From the NCBI GenBank assembly GCA_963787445.1, contig CAWBCT010000005.1:32001-96000 (forward strand): DNA of 64,000 nt, read 5' to 3'. This document shows, in pieces, positions 1-11,755 of this stretch (the first letter of the stretch is position 1; each line of letters begins with the position of its first letter). Made by a program: the position numbers and the translations under genes. The notes beneath the pieces were generated by a model that did not search any database, was not told where the DNA came from, and was given only the letters and a program-made list of their open reading frames with translations. The stretch comes from an uncultured archaeon (GTDB lineage: Archaea > Micrarchaeota > Micrarchaeia > Micrarchaeales > CABMGC01).

Positions 1-1599
1 GCCCCCAAGGGTGATCGAGTCGCCCGTGCCGGTGATCAGATTGCCGCCGGTCCCGCCGTCGTTATAGAGGACATTGAGGTTGGTGCCGACGATGTTGGCG
101 TTGACGTTGACGCTGTGATAGGCGTCGAGCGTCAGGGTGGTGTTGGCGCTCCAGGCGAGCGGGCTGTCGATATTGATATCGCCGACGCCGCTGGCATTGG
201 CGATGCCCGGGCCGCTGGCCCCGGTGGCGGTGGTTTGCAAAGTGACGTTCGTTGTGGCCAGCGAGCCGTCGATGGTCGCGGCCGCGGCGGCGTCGACGGT
301 CAAGTCCCAGGGGTCGAGCAGCCAGGTGCCCGCCTTGCCCTTGGGCGCGCCGGCATCGACCTTCGCGCCGTCGATATTCAAGATGTGGCCCGAGGTTTCG
401 ATGGACCCGCCGTCGCCGCCGAGCGCACCGCCCGTGGCCTTCGCCGAACCGACGAAGCTGTTGGTGCCGCCGATCACCGAGATCTTGCCGCCATTGCCGC
501 TGATCTTGGCCGAGGCATCGAGCGTGGAGGCGGCATCGACCGCCACCGACGCGGTCTGCCAGCCGCCCACGGTGATGGCACCGCCGCCCGTGGCGCCCGA
601 GGCATCGAGCTTGGCACCCGCGAGAGTGACCGCGCCGCTGCCGTCGAGCACGATCGCCCCGCCCTGCGATGTCAGCGAGTTGGCCTCGATCACCCCGGTG
701 GCGTTGATCGCACCGCCCATCAAGGTGTTGGCCGCCTGCGCCGTCAGCAGCACCTTGCCGCCGCCGGCCTGGATCACGCCGCCCGCCTCGATCAGCGACT
801 GCACCGTCGCCGGGTTAACCTTCACCCCCAGCGACCCGCTGCCGGCCAGGGTCAGCGTCACCGCGTCGCCCGAGGCCAGCGCCACCGTGCCCAGATTGGC
901 CTGGATCAGCCCAGTATTGGCGATATGCGGCGCCAGCAGTGCGACATAGCCGCCCGGGGCCGCCACGATGCTGCCGGCATTGGTCACGCTGCCGGTCGCC
1001 GTGCCGCGCTGGAATACGAGGGTGCCGTTCTGGAAGTCGGTGTCGGATATGTTCAGCGTCGAGGCGATCAGGCCGCCGACATTGACCTGCGCGCCGTCGC
1101 CGAACACGATGCCATTCGGGTTGATCAGGATCACCTGGCCGTTGGCGGTCAGCCGGCCCAGGATGACCGAGCCGTCCCCCGACAGAATGCGGTTGAGCGC
1201 GATCGAGCTGGTACCGGGCTGCACGAAGGTCACCCCGGCCTGGCTGCCGATATCGAAGCTCGACCAGTTGAGGCTGGCTGAATTGGTGGTCTGCGTCACC
1301 GTCAACTGCGAACCAGACTGGCTGATCGTGGCATTGCCCGAGGTCAGCGCTTTGAAGACGGGCAGCTGGGTCGATGCCGGAGCCGAGTTCAGCACGTTCA
1401 TGACGCGCTGCTGGGCCGTCGTCTGAGCGCCACCGGCAATGGCCGGCGCGCCCGGCGCCAGCAGCAGCGCCGCCGCGGCCGAGACCAGGCCCGTGCGCGA
1501 CAGAAGCGCAGCGCGTCGCGACCGGCCGAAGCGCGGTGCGCAGGAATGAGCGGGAATGCTCGGGGACAGACGCTTCAACGAAACCGCGAACTTGGACAA
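1..1599 (-). CDS. Filamentous haemagglutinin-family (TpsA) exoprotein, 5' part; runs off the window edge
   Basis: Manual minus-strand translation (not in the ORF track) gives a signal-like stretch, then LNWSSFDIGSQAGVTFVQPGTSSIALNRI...NGQVILINPNGIVFGDGAQVNVGGLIASTL (TPS secretion domain), and later WSANTTLTLDAYHSVNVNANI. The TTG start at 1599 is uncertain. Confidence 0.9.
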   Translation of the reverse strand, partial: MSKFAVSLKRLSPSIPAHSCAPRFGRSRRAALLSRTGLVSAAAALLLAPGAPAIAGGAQTTAQQRVMNVLNSAPASTQLPVFKALTSGNATISQSGSQLTVTQTTNSASLNWSSFDIGSQAGVTFVQPGTSSIALNRILSGDGSVILGRLTANGQVILINPNGIVFGDGAQVNVGGLIASTLNISDTDFQNGTLVFQRGTATGSVTNAGSIVAAPGGYVALLAPHIANTGLIQANLGTVALASGDAVTLTLAGSGSLGVKVNPATVQSLIEAGGVIQAGGGKVLLTAQAANTLMGGAINATGVIEANSLTSQGGAIVLDGSGAVTLAGAKLDASGATGGGAITVGGWQTASVAVDAASTLDASAKISGNGGKISVIGGTNSFVGSAKATGGALGGDGGSIETSGHILNIDGAKVDAGAPKGKAGTWLLDPWDLTVDAAAAATIDGSLATTNVTLQTTATGASGPGIANASGVGDINIDSPLAWSANTTLTLDAYHSVNVNANIVGTNLNVLYNDGGTGGNLITGTGDSITLGG

Positions 1600-1960
1600 A
1601 TCAATCGTGCAATCATTATTCCGAGCCATTCGACGCTCCTAATATGAATTCGTTTGACGACAATAATTTTTCAAATCCGGTCGCAAATTTACTTCGCGCG
1701 CAACTCACGCCGCCTCGCTACTCGTAAGGCGGATACAGTCGCAAACACAAGTAATGGTTTCCCCGCTTACGAGAATCCATTGCTATTTATTCGGATATAA
1801 CCCCAAGACCCAGGCGAAACGCCACTGAGACGCGACCATTTATTTGTTCTTGGCCGCGATATTACGCATTCCAGGCGCTGACATTCGTTATCGTTCCAAG
1901 AATCTTATGTTTCAATTGTCAAAATCGAGCGGCGGCCTCGCGCCGGCAGAATGTCGACGC

Positions 1961-3714
1961 CTAGAACGTCAATCCGGCCTGCATCCAAACTCTTGTATGT
2001 TCGTGGTACCCGTCGGAGTTGTAGCCGGCGGGGCTGCGGCCCGGATTGATCCCGAGCCGATGGGCGACCGTGACCCGCGCGAAGACCCAGTCGACCGGGT
2101 GCCATTCGGCCCACGCACCAATTCCGTCGAGCACATAGATGTTGGATTGGTCGCTGCCGCCGCGCCAGCCCGCCCAGGGAATCGCATGCTGGACGATCTG
2201 CCCGACATCCCAGAAGCCGGCGAGTTGCAATTCGGCCTGCGGACGGTATCGGTATTCCAAGCTTGCCAGCCAGCCGTCGTCGCCGCGCGCCTCGCCGGTC
2301 GGATAGGCGCGCACGCCGCTCTGGCCGCCCAGGGAAAACTGCTCGGAACTGTCGAGATTTCTTGTTGGCGAGCTGCCCGGAGAGGATCGCGGCCGCCTCG
2401 GTGTTTCGCGTCAGTTGCTCGGTCTGCGTCAGATCGAAATCGAATTTGCCGAAGCGGCCTTGCGTGCGCGCCGAGGCCTGGTCCTGCGCCTGGTTCTGCG
2501 GATTGGCGCTGAGATCGAGGGTCCCGTATTCGACCGCGGCGGCAAACTGCGTGATGCCGTCGAGCCAAGGCTCGCGCGTCGAACCGGCGACCTTGAAGGT
2601 TGCCACATCGATGGCATTGTCGCTGATCGCCACCCCCGCCGTCTCGTTGGTCAGCCGCTTGTGATCGAGCAAGACGGTCGCCTGAACCACGAAGTCCTGG
2701 TCGCGCCAAACCGGGCGCAGCGCCTTGAGGCCATAGGTGACGGCGCTTCCCGATGGCTGGGTGGCGTTGAATCTCTTATCGGTGCGGAAGGCCAGACCCG
2801 AGGCATCGGCGCCCAGCCGCAATCCCGAATAGCCGACCGGGGCATCCGCCGCGACCATGACGTATTTGCTGCCCAGACTGCGCAACGAGGTGACGGCAAC
2901 TTGATCGCCGGCGCCCAGCGCGTCGTTCAGCGCGGCCTCGCCGACCCAGCGCCACGAACCCGTGGCGCGGGAATTGCCGTTGTCGACCAGCGAGGTTCCG
3001 CTGACCAGCGGTCCCTCGTCGAGTTTGACGATGACGTCGGTCTGCGCCGGCGCGGCGCCGGGCGCCAGCGTGGTCGAGGCCGCCACACCCGGGACCGCGG
3101 CCAGATTGGCGAAGTCCCTCCTCGACCTGGTGCGGCCGAAGAAATTCCCCTTCGCCCTGCTGCGCCGTTATGTAGGCGCTGGCCTTGTCGTGCGACAGCC
3201 GCGCGGCGCTGGCCGGATCGATCACCACCTTGCCGAGCTTGCCCTCGAGAACCTCGATCGTCACCAGGCCGTTCTCGATCTTTTGCGGCGGCAGGTAGGC
3301 GTGCGCGAAATAGTCGTGATCGCGATAGAACTGCGCGATCTTCGCGGCGGCCTCGTTGAGATCGCCGAGCGTGCAGTCGCGGCCGATATAGCCCTTGACC
3401 ACGTCCTTCAAGGTGGCCTCGGGAAACAGGGTGGCGATGATGCGAAACGCGGTCACCTTTACCGTCTGCCCCTGCTTGAGGATCGGGGCCGGCGCCGACG
3501 GCGCCAGCGGCACCGTCGGCTGGGCCGGGGCTTGAAGCGTGGGCAGGTCGCGCTGCAGCTGGCGCAGAATCGTGCCGGCATCGGGCGCGGTTTCGGCGGC
3601 ATTCGCGCCCGCGGTCAGGATCAATGCGGGCAGGGCGTAGGCGATCGCCGCCGCGAGGGAGCAAGGCCGCCGCGACGTGGCGGGCGCTGGACCTTTGGGG
3701 AAAAAGCGGTGCAT
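1961..3714 (-). CDS. ShlB/FhaC/HecB (TpsB) outer-membrane transporter, split by two single-base frameshifts (~3112, ~2359)
   Basis: Signal peptide and POTRA (YRDHDYFAHAYLPPQKIENGLVTIEVLEG), then DNGNSRATG, then NLDSSEQFSLGG...VRAY, ending in C-terminal Phe (QAGLTF). The pieces lie in three ORFs. Confidence 0.88.
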
Positions 3715-3859
3715 GCGTCACTCGCGGCGATGGTCTCGGCGCCGCCAAAATGCACGAACCCCCGCCTCGCCGCCAGTGCGTGACATCCGTCATATCACCG
3801 ACATTGGATACCGCTCGCGATGGCACGGATGGTGACGCAAGAAGAGGAAGGCCGCGCCC

Positions 3860-6800
3860 CTACCCCAGCAATGCGCTGAGCTGGGCGCCCGACAGCGCGG
3901 CGAACTGGGCGCTGGTGAAGGCGGCGACCTGATCGGCGCTGAGCTCGAGAATCCCGTGGCTGCCCAGCGCCGGGATTTGCGCGGTGGTCAGCCCGGCGAT
4001 GCCCAAGAGCGACAGCCCGAACAGCTGGCCCGCGGTGAGCGCGGCGATGCCGGTGGTGGTGAGCGCCGCCACCTGGCTCGATGCGAATGCGCCGAGCTGG
4101 TCGGGCGTCAGGCCGCCGAGCTGCGCCGTGTTGAGCACCACGATGTCGGCGGAATCGAAGCCGCCGAGCTGGGTTGCGGTCAGCGCGCCGAGCTGGGTGG
4201 CGGTCAGGCCACCGATCTGCACCGTGCTCAGCGCCGCCAGCTGCCCGCTGGTCAGCGCCACGATCGCGCCGGTGGAGAGCGACCCGAGTCCCGGTGGTGG
4301 ACAGGCTGCGCAGTTGCACGGTGCTGAGCGCGCCGATGGCGGCGCTCGACAGCGCGTCGAGATTGGCGGTGCCCAGCGCGCCCAGCACGGTGGTCGAGAG
4401 TCCGGCGATCTGCGTCGTGGTCAGCGCCGCGGCATCGGTGGTGGGCAGACCGGCCAACGCGACCGCTCCCATTGCGGCGAGCTGCGCCGCGGTCAGCGAC
4501 CGGATCTGCGTGACCGTGAAGGCATCGAGGTTGGTGGCACCCAGCCCGTGAATGGCGGCACCGTTGAACGCGGCGAGCTGGGTGACGGTCAGCGCCGCCG
4601 CCTCGGCCGGGGTCAGCGCCGCCAGCAGGTAGACCGGCACGCTGAGCAGCTGCACCGGGGTCAGCCCGCCCACCTGGGTGGCGCTGAACGCGTCGAGGTT
4701 GGTGGTGCCCAGCGACGACAAGGCGGTGTAGGCCAGCCCGCCGATCTGTGTTGGTGTCAGCCCGCTTACCTGTGTCGTGGAGAGGCCGAGCAGTTCGGTG
4801 GCGGTCAGGCCGCCCAGCTCGGCGCTGCTCAAGCCGCCGATCTGCGTCGCGGACAGGCTTTCGATATAGGTGCTGCCCAGGGCGGCCAGCACCGTGCTGG
4901 TCAGCCCGGCGATCTGCGTACTGGTGAAGGAGCCGACCTGCGTGGTGGTCAACGCGCCCAACAGTCCGGCGGGGAGATCGTCGAGTTGCGTCGTGGTGAA
5001 AGCCTCGATCTGCGCCGTGGTCAGGAGTTGCAGATTGGTGCTGGTGAGCGCGTTCAGCACCGTGGTGGCCAAAGCGCCGATCTCGGTCGCCGACAGGGAC
5101 TGGAGATTGGTGACCGAGAGCCCGTTGAGCTGGGCCGGGCTCAGCGCGCGGATCTGCGTGGCGGTCAGCGCCGCGATTTCGCCGGTGCCGAACTGGTTGA
5201 GGATCGAGGCGCCGAAGCCCGCCAGTTGCGTGGTGGTCAGGCCGATGACCTGGACCGGCGTCAACGCGCCCAGTGCGGTGGAACTCAGCGCCGCGTAGTC
5301 GGTGGCGGTGAGGTCGAACAGTTGGGTCGAGGTCAGTCCGCCGACCTGGGTGACGGTGAGCGCCGCGATCGCGGTGGCCGACAGCGCATCGAAGGCCGTG
5401 GTGGCCAGCGCGCCGATCGCGGTCGAGGCGAGGCCGGCGAGTTGCGTGGTCGTCAGGCCGGCGGCCTGCGTCGCGTTCAGTACCGCGATATCGGTGGTGG
5501 CGAAGGCGTTGAGCTGCGTGGTCGAGAACGCGTCGAGCCGGGTGGTCGTCAGCGCGGCCAGGTCCGAGGTGGTGAAAGCCTCGATCAGGGTGAGGCTGAG
5601 CCCGGCGATCTGCGTGGTCGTCAGCGCGGCAATGTCGGTGGTGCCGAGCGCGACGAAGGCGGCGGTGCCGAGCGCATCGATGGCGGTGGTCGACAAGGCC
5701 GCGAATTGCGTTGTCGTCAGCCCATGCAACTGGGTGACCGTGAGCGCGCCGAATTCGCCGGTGGTCAGCGCGTTGAGCGTGGCGGAAGCGAAGCCGGTGA
5801 GCTGCGCCGGCGTCAGGGCGCCCACCTGCGCGGTCGACAGACTGGCCAGTTCGGCGGTGCCGAGCGCATTGATGTCGGTGGTGGTCCAGGCGGCGAGTTC
5901 GGTCGTGGTCAGGCCGGCAACCTGCGTGGTGGTCAGGCTCGCCGCGGCGCCGGTGCTCAGCGCGTCGAGCACCGATATGGTGAGGCCGCCGATCTGGCTT
6001 GAGGTCAGGTCGGCGATCTGCGTCGCCGTCAGCGTCGCCGCGTCGGCGGTCGTCAGCGCGTCGAGTTGGGTGGTCGCCAGGGCGCCGATCTGGCTCGAAC
6101 TCAGCCCGGCGAACTCACTCGTGGTCAGCGCCGCGATATCGCTGGTGCCGAAGGTGGCGAAGGCGGTGGTGCTCAGGCCGCCGAGCTGGGCGGCCGAGAG
6201 CGCGCGAATCTGGCCGGTGGACAGCGCCGCGATGTCGCTGGTGCTCAACGCATCGAGCGCCGTGGTGCCGAGCCCGGCCAGCTGCGTCGTCGCCAGCGCC
6301 TGCACCTGCGCGGTGGTCAATTCGCCGATCTCGCCCGTCGTCAGGGCGTTGAGTGTGGTGGTGGCGAGACCGCCGAGCTGCACCGTGGTGAGCGCGGTGA
6401 GCTGGGTCGCCGACAGCGCGTCGAGGGCGGCGGTGGACAGCAAATTGAGCGCGGTGGTCGAGACGCCGGTGAGCTGCGTGGTCGTCACGCCCGCGATCTG
6501 CGTCGCCGTCAGCGCCGCCAGGTCGGTCGTGGTCAGCGCCTTGAAATCGGTGGTGGAGAGCCCGGCGAATTGCGTCGAGACCAGGCCGCTCAATTGCGCG
6601 GTGGTCAGCGACGCGATGTCGGTGGTGGAGAGCGCGTTGAGGCCGGTGGTGGACAGCGCGGCGAGCTGCGTCGCGGTCAGGCCGGCGAGCTGGCCGGTGG
6701 TCAGCGCGGCCAGCGCCGAGGTCGTGAGCGCAACGACGAAGCCGGTGGCGAGCGCGCCCAACTGCGTCGAGCCCAGGCCGCGCAACTGCGTGGTCGTCAG

Positions 6801-9800
6801 CGCGGCGATGTCGCCCGTGGCCAGGGCATCGAGCTCGGTGGCGGCGAGGCCGCCCAGCTGCGCCGAGGTCAGGGCCCGCGCCTGGGTGGTGGTCAGCGCG
6901 GCGAAAGCGGTGGTGGCAAGCGCGCCCAGCGCCGAGCCGGCCAGCCCGCCGATCTGGTCGGTGGTCAGCCCGGCGACCTGGCTTGTCGTCAGGCCGGAAA
7001 TCTCGGTGGTGGTCAGGTCGTCGAAGGCGGTGGTGGTCAGCCCGCCGATCTGCGTCGAGGACAGGCCGGCGACTTCGGTGGTGCTCAGCAGCCCGATCTC
7101 GGTCGCGGTCAGGCCGCCGATCTGCGTCGCCGAGAGGGCGGCGATGCCGGTGCCGCCCAGCGCGGCGAAGTCGGTGGTGGCGAGGCCGCCGATCTGCGTC
7201 GCCCGCAGGCCGCCGATCTGCGTGGTCGTCAACGCGGCGATATCGGTGGTGCTGAGTTCGTCGAGAAATGTGAGGGTGAGGCCGCCGATCTGCGTTGTCG
7301 TCAGCCCGCCGATCTGCGTGGTGGTGAGAATCGCGACATCGTCGGAGGTGAAACCGTTGAGCGCGGCGACGGTGAGGGCGGCAACGTCGCCCGGCGACAG
7401 GGCGACGACCTCGGTCGTGGTCAGCGCCAAATTGGATAGCGTCGTGGTCAGGTTGGTGAACTGGACGTTGGTGATTCCGATCAACGTGTCGGTGCCGCCG
7501 AACGACGGGCTGTCGGCGGTCACGGTGTACGTGCCGCCGCCGTCGTTCATGATCGTGTAGTCGTCGGACGCGGCGGCGAGCAGCACGGTATCGGTGCCGC
7601 CGCCGCCGGTGATCGTGTCGGTCCCGCTTCCGGCAACGACGAACAGATCGTTGCCGGAGCCTCCGGTGAGCACGTCGTCGCCGTCGTTGCCGACCAAGGT
7701 CATCGCGCCGGTGGTCAGGCTGGCATCGATGCGATCGACGGTGGTTCCGTAATCGATGAACAGTTGGTTGGCGGTCAGGATGTCGGTGTTCTGACTGCCC
7801 AGCCAGCTCCAATGACCCGGCCGCAGATCGATATAGCCCGCACCCGACCAGTTCCCCGCCGAGATCATGTCGGTGGTGCTGCCCACGCCGTAGATCAGAT
7901 TGTTGGTGCCGGTGGTGCCGGGCGTGGCGGCGGGATTGAAGGTCCAGGTATGGGTGGGGGCGACGAAATCGGGGTTGGGACCGTAGAGATATTGCGCCAG
8001 CGCGATGTCCCACACGCCGAGCGTGGTCAGGTACGGCGTCGAGTAGGACATGACGGTGAGGGTGCTGGTGTCCTCGCCGCCGCCCTGGTTCTGGACATCG
8101 CCGGGAAATTGGTCGGCGGTGTCGCCATTGCCGGACTCGCCGCCGAGGCCCAGCACATGGCCGACCTCGTGGACGAAGACGCGAAGATTATCGTTGGAAG
8201 GGTCGGTGTTGCTGAGATAGACGTCGCCTTCTTCCTGGAGGAATGAGCCGGACTGTCCGGGGTAGGGGACATAGGAATAGCCGGCGGAGTTGGCGCCCTG
8301 ATTGTTTTCACCAAAGCGCACCGGCACCGAATTGCTGTCGGTGGAAGATACGAAGACGATATCGGCAACCGCCGACCATTCCGCGAGCGCCTGCACCGCG
8401 GCGGATTCCGCGTTATTGAGTGTCGGGTCGGCGGCCAGAAGCTGGCTTGGCGTCAAGCCGGTAAGACCGCCGGTCAAGTCGGGGCCGAGGGTGCCGAATC
8501 CGCTACGGTCGCTGCCGGGACCCGTGCTTCCATAAGTCGGAAACGCTTGCATGAAACTGAAATCGATCGTCTCGGCGGTGCCGAGCGCGCCGATATTGCT
8601 TGTCCCCGTGGTCTGCCAATGCGGTACCGGACTGAACAGCAGATCGGACATGAAATAGGGCATGGGCGCGGCCAACCCAAAGGACGGGTTGATCACCTCA
8701 TTGGTATCGACGTAATGGATCGTCGCCGTCGGCGATGCGCCGAGCAGATTGTTGCCGTCCGGCACCTTGAAACCGTCGACCGCGACATTGATGGTGAAAT
8801 GCGAAATACTGTCGTCGCCGACATAGATGGCATCGGCGGCATTGGTGACCGTTACGATCACCGAACTCCAGGGCGATACGGTTAGCCCACTGGTATTGTA
8901 GTTGGACAGATCTAGCTCGTCGGCGCTAGCGCCAGCGGCTTGGTCAAGCACTAGGGTCCCACCCGAGATACTGGTCAGTTCGATATCGTTGGAACCCGTC
9001 CCCACCGAGATGGTGAGATTGCCGATACTGTCGTCCGCACTCGGCCCATAGAGGATATTGGTGCCATTGCCGAGCGTGATGTTGTCGCCGCTGGCGCCGT
9101 TGTTAAGATAGATCGTGTTGTTGCCATTGCCGGCGATCAGCGTGTCATTGCTGAGCAGGGTGACGGTGTTGTTGCCGTTGCCGAGCGAAACGAAATCGTT
9201 GGTCGCGCCGGTTCCGACATAGTTGACCGTGTTGTTGCCGTCGCCGGCGCGCAGCGTGTCGAAGCTGACGAGGGTGATGGTATTGTTGCCGCCGCCCAGC
9301 GAAATCACATCATGACTGGCGGCGCCGGCTGACGCCTGGACGATATTGACGCCGCCGAGTGCGAACAGGGTATCCGACGTCGTGAGGAGGACGGTGTTGT
9401 GACCGGTACCGAGCGAGACAACGTCGTTGGCTCCGCCGTCGCTGACGTTGTTATTGCCGTTGCCCAGCGTTACATGGTCGTTCGTGGTGCTTAGATAAAT
9501 CTGAACGTAATTGCTACCGTCGCCGGCCGTCAGCGAGTTGCCGGAATTTAGGTATATGCTGAAGGCGCCGCTGCCGAGTTCGTAGAGGACGTCGCTACTC
9601 TGTTCGACAATGTAATCGCTGCCCGAGCCGCCAAGAACTGAATCTCCCGCGTACGGATAGATTGTATTGTTTAATCCGCTGCCAAGATTGATTGTAGTAT
9701 CGCTTGGACCACCGTTGCTGTAGCCGTAGATAATTAGATCGTTTGTGTTGGGCACATTGATGGTGTCGCCCGGCTCGCCGGGAAAAATCGTCAGACCATC

Positions 9801-9815
9801 GGTTATTACAGCCAT
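3860..9815 (-). CDS. Giant secreted protein: RTX-like beta-roll repeats, serralysin/M10-like metalloprotease domain and ~1,190 aa of 8-residue L(T/S)TTQIxx repeats; one frameshift at ~4291
   Basis: GNGNNTVTL repeats, HEVGHVLGLG, Met-turn TVMSY, DIALAQYLYGPN and GNDGDDVLTGGSGNDLF. The repeats continue in ORF 3860..4261 after an extra base in a homopolymer. Confidence 0.85.
3863..7430 (-). repeat. Degenerate coding tandem repeat, ~24-nt period (LTTTQIGG / LSTTDIAA)
   Basis: Recurring ggtcagcgc / gccgatctgcgt units on the + strand; 8-aa periodicity in the translation. Confidence 0.9.
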
Positions 9816-10237
9816 TAAACCGCCCAATCTCCCCTGCGCTCGGCCCGGGGATGCTGGGGTTCGCCCGCACCTCGGTCAATAGCCCGATATGAAGTATGGC
9901 GCGGCCGCACGTCAGTGATGGCCGGCCGCCGCGCCGCCGCAATGCCCGCACCTTTGCCGGGCGCCACGCACCGCCCGGTGCCGATTCCGGACCGGATTCC
10001 TCAATAATTCTTTAATTGCCGCCGCCGTGCGCCGCATCTTCGCGGCGGCGTCACAAATGCCTAAGCAAGAGGCATTCCGGCCGGGCGGCGGGCCGGGGCC
10101 GAATCCCGCGCGCCGAGCCCGACAAACCGATGACATCCGCCGCGAAATCTGCATTAGTTCCCGGGTGACCGCGCAAAGCGGCACGGCGACAAGAGGATGG
10201 CCGGACCGGCCGTCCACAGGGGTTCGGGGAGAGGTAT

Positions 10238-10993
10238 TTGGCGTCCGATCTCATTCTGGAGACCAGGGAGCTGACCAAGGAGTTCGGCGGTTTCGTCGCC
10301 GTCAACGGCGTCGATCTGCGGGTGCAGCGCGGCACCATCCATGCGCTGATCGGCCCCAACGGCGCCGGCAAGACCACCTGCTTCAACCTGCTGACCAAGT
10401 TCCTCAAGCCGTCGCGCGGGTCGATCGTCTATAACGGCCGCGAGATCACCGGAATCGCCCCGGCCGACGTGGCCCGGCTCGGCCTGGTGCGTTCGTTCCA
10501 GATTTCGGCGGTGTTTCCCCACCTGACCGTGCTTGAGAATGTCCGCGTGGCGCTGCAACGCCAGCGCGGCGGCTCGTTCGACTTCTGGCGCGGCGAGCGG
10601 GTGCTCGAGCGCTACCATACCAGGGCCGCCGAGCTGATCGAGGCGGTGGGCCTGGCCGACTATCTGCCGGTGCCGGCGGTGGAACTTTCATACGGGCGTA
10701 AACGGGCGCTGGAGATCGCCACCACCCTGGCACTGGAACCCGAGATGATGCTGCTCGACGAGCCGATGGCCGGCATCGGCCACGAGGATATCGACCGCAT
10801 CGCCCAATTGATCCGCCGCGCCGCGGCCGGGCGCACCGTGCTGATGGTGGAGCATAATCTCAGCGTGGTGGCCGACCTCAGCGACTATATTACCGTGATG
10901 GCGCGCGGCGAGATTCTGGCCGAGGGCGACTATGCCGCGGTGTCGTCGAACCCGGCGGTGATCCAGGCCTATATGGGGTCGGGTCATGCGTGA
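10238..10993 (+). CDS. livG: Branched-chain amino acid-type ABC ATPase
   Basis: GPNGAGKTT, ELSYGRKRALEIA, LLDEP, VEHN. Confidence 0.92.
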   Translation: MASDLILETRELTKEFGGFVAVNGVDLRVQRGTIHALIGPNGAGKTTCFNLLTKFLKPSRGSIVYNGREITGIAPADVARLGLVRSFQISAVFPHLTVLENVRVALQRQRGGSFDFWRGERVLERYHTRAAELIEAVGLADYLPVPAVELSYGRKRALEIATTLALEPEMMLLDEPMAGIGHEDIDRIAQLIRRAAAGRTVLMVEHNLSVVADLSDYITVMARGEILAEGDYAAVSSNPAVIQAYMGSGHA

Positions 10994-11729
10994 GGCGGCG
11001 ATGACGCGCGAAGCGGCCGAGGCGGCCCAGGCGCCGCTGCTGGCGGTGCGCGGATTGCAGGCCTGGTACGGCGAGTCGCACATCCTGCAGGGCGTCGACC
11101 TCGATGTCGCCACCGGCGAGGTGGTGACGCTGCTGGGCCGCAACGGCGCGGGCAAGACCACAACCATGAAATCGATCATGGGCATGATCGAGAAGCGCTC
11201 GGGCTCGGTGAATTTCGCCGGGGTCGAGACCATCGGCCTGCCCTCGAACCGCATCGCCCGGCTGGGCGTCGCCATCTGCCCCGAGGAGCGCGGCATCTTC
11301 GCCAGCCTGAATGTGCGCGAGAATCTGGTGCTGCCGCCGGTGGTGCGCCCCGGCGGGGTGGAGGTGGAGCGCATCTTCACGCTGTTTCCCAACCTGCGCG
11401 AGCGGTTGAGCAGTCAGGGCACCAAGCTTTCCGGCGGCGAGCAGCAGATGCTGGCGATCGCGCGGATCATGCGCACCGGGGCGCGGCTGCTGCTGCTCGA
11501 CGAGCCGACCGAGGGCCTGGCCCCGGTGATCATCGAGCAGATCGGCCACACCGTGCGCGAACTCAAGCAGATCGGCTTCACCGTGCTGCTGGTGGAACAG
11601 AATTTCCGCTTCGGCGCCACGGTGGCCGACCGCCACTATGTGATGGAGCGCGGCCGCATCGTCGACATGATTCCCAACGACGTGCTCGATAAGAACATGG
11701 ACAAGCTGCATGACTATCTTGGCGTTTGA
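10986..11729 (+). CDS. livF: Branched-chain amino acid-type ABC ATPase
   Basis: GRNGAGKTT, LSGGEQQMLAIAR, LLDEPTEGLAP. Confidence 0.92.
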   Translation: MREAAMTREAAEAAQAPLLAVRGLQAWYGESHILQGVDLDVATGEVVTLLGRNGAGKTTTMKSIMGMIEKRSGSVNFAGVETIGLPSNRIARLGVAICPEERGIFASLNVRENLVLPPVVRPGGVEVERIFTLFPNLRERLSSQGTKLSGGEQQMLAIARIMRTGARLLLLDEPTEGLAPVIIEQIGHTVRELKQIGFTVLLVEQNFRFGATVADRHYVMERGRIVDMIPNDVLDKNMDKLHDYLGV

Positions 11730-11755
11730 AATCATCGCTTCATAGGGAGGACACA

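Noticed and set aside
3863-7430. CRISPR array or ice-nucleation repeat
   Set aside because: The repeats are degenerate and coding, with no unique spacers or cas genes; the unit does not resemble the AGYGSTxT ice-nucleation octapeptide.
115-7560. Long + strand ORFs (115..1281, 3984..6002, 5302..7560, 6066..7439)
   Set aside because: Antisense shadows of high-GC minus-strand genes; no recognisable motifs.
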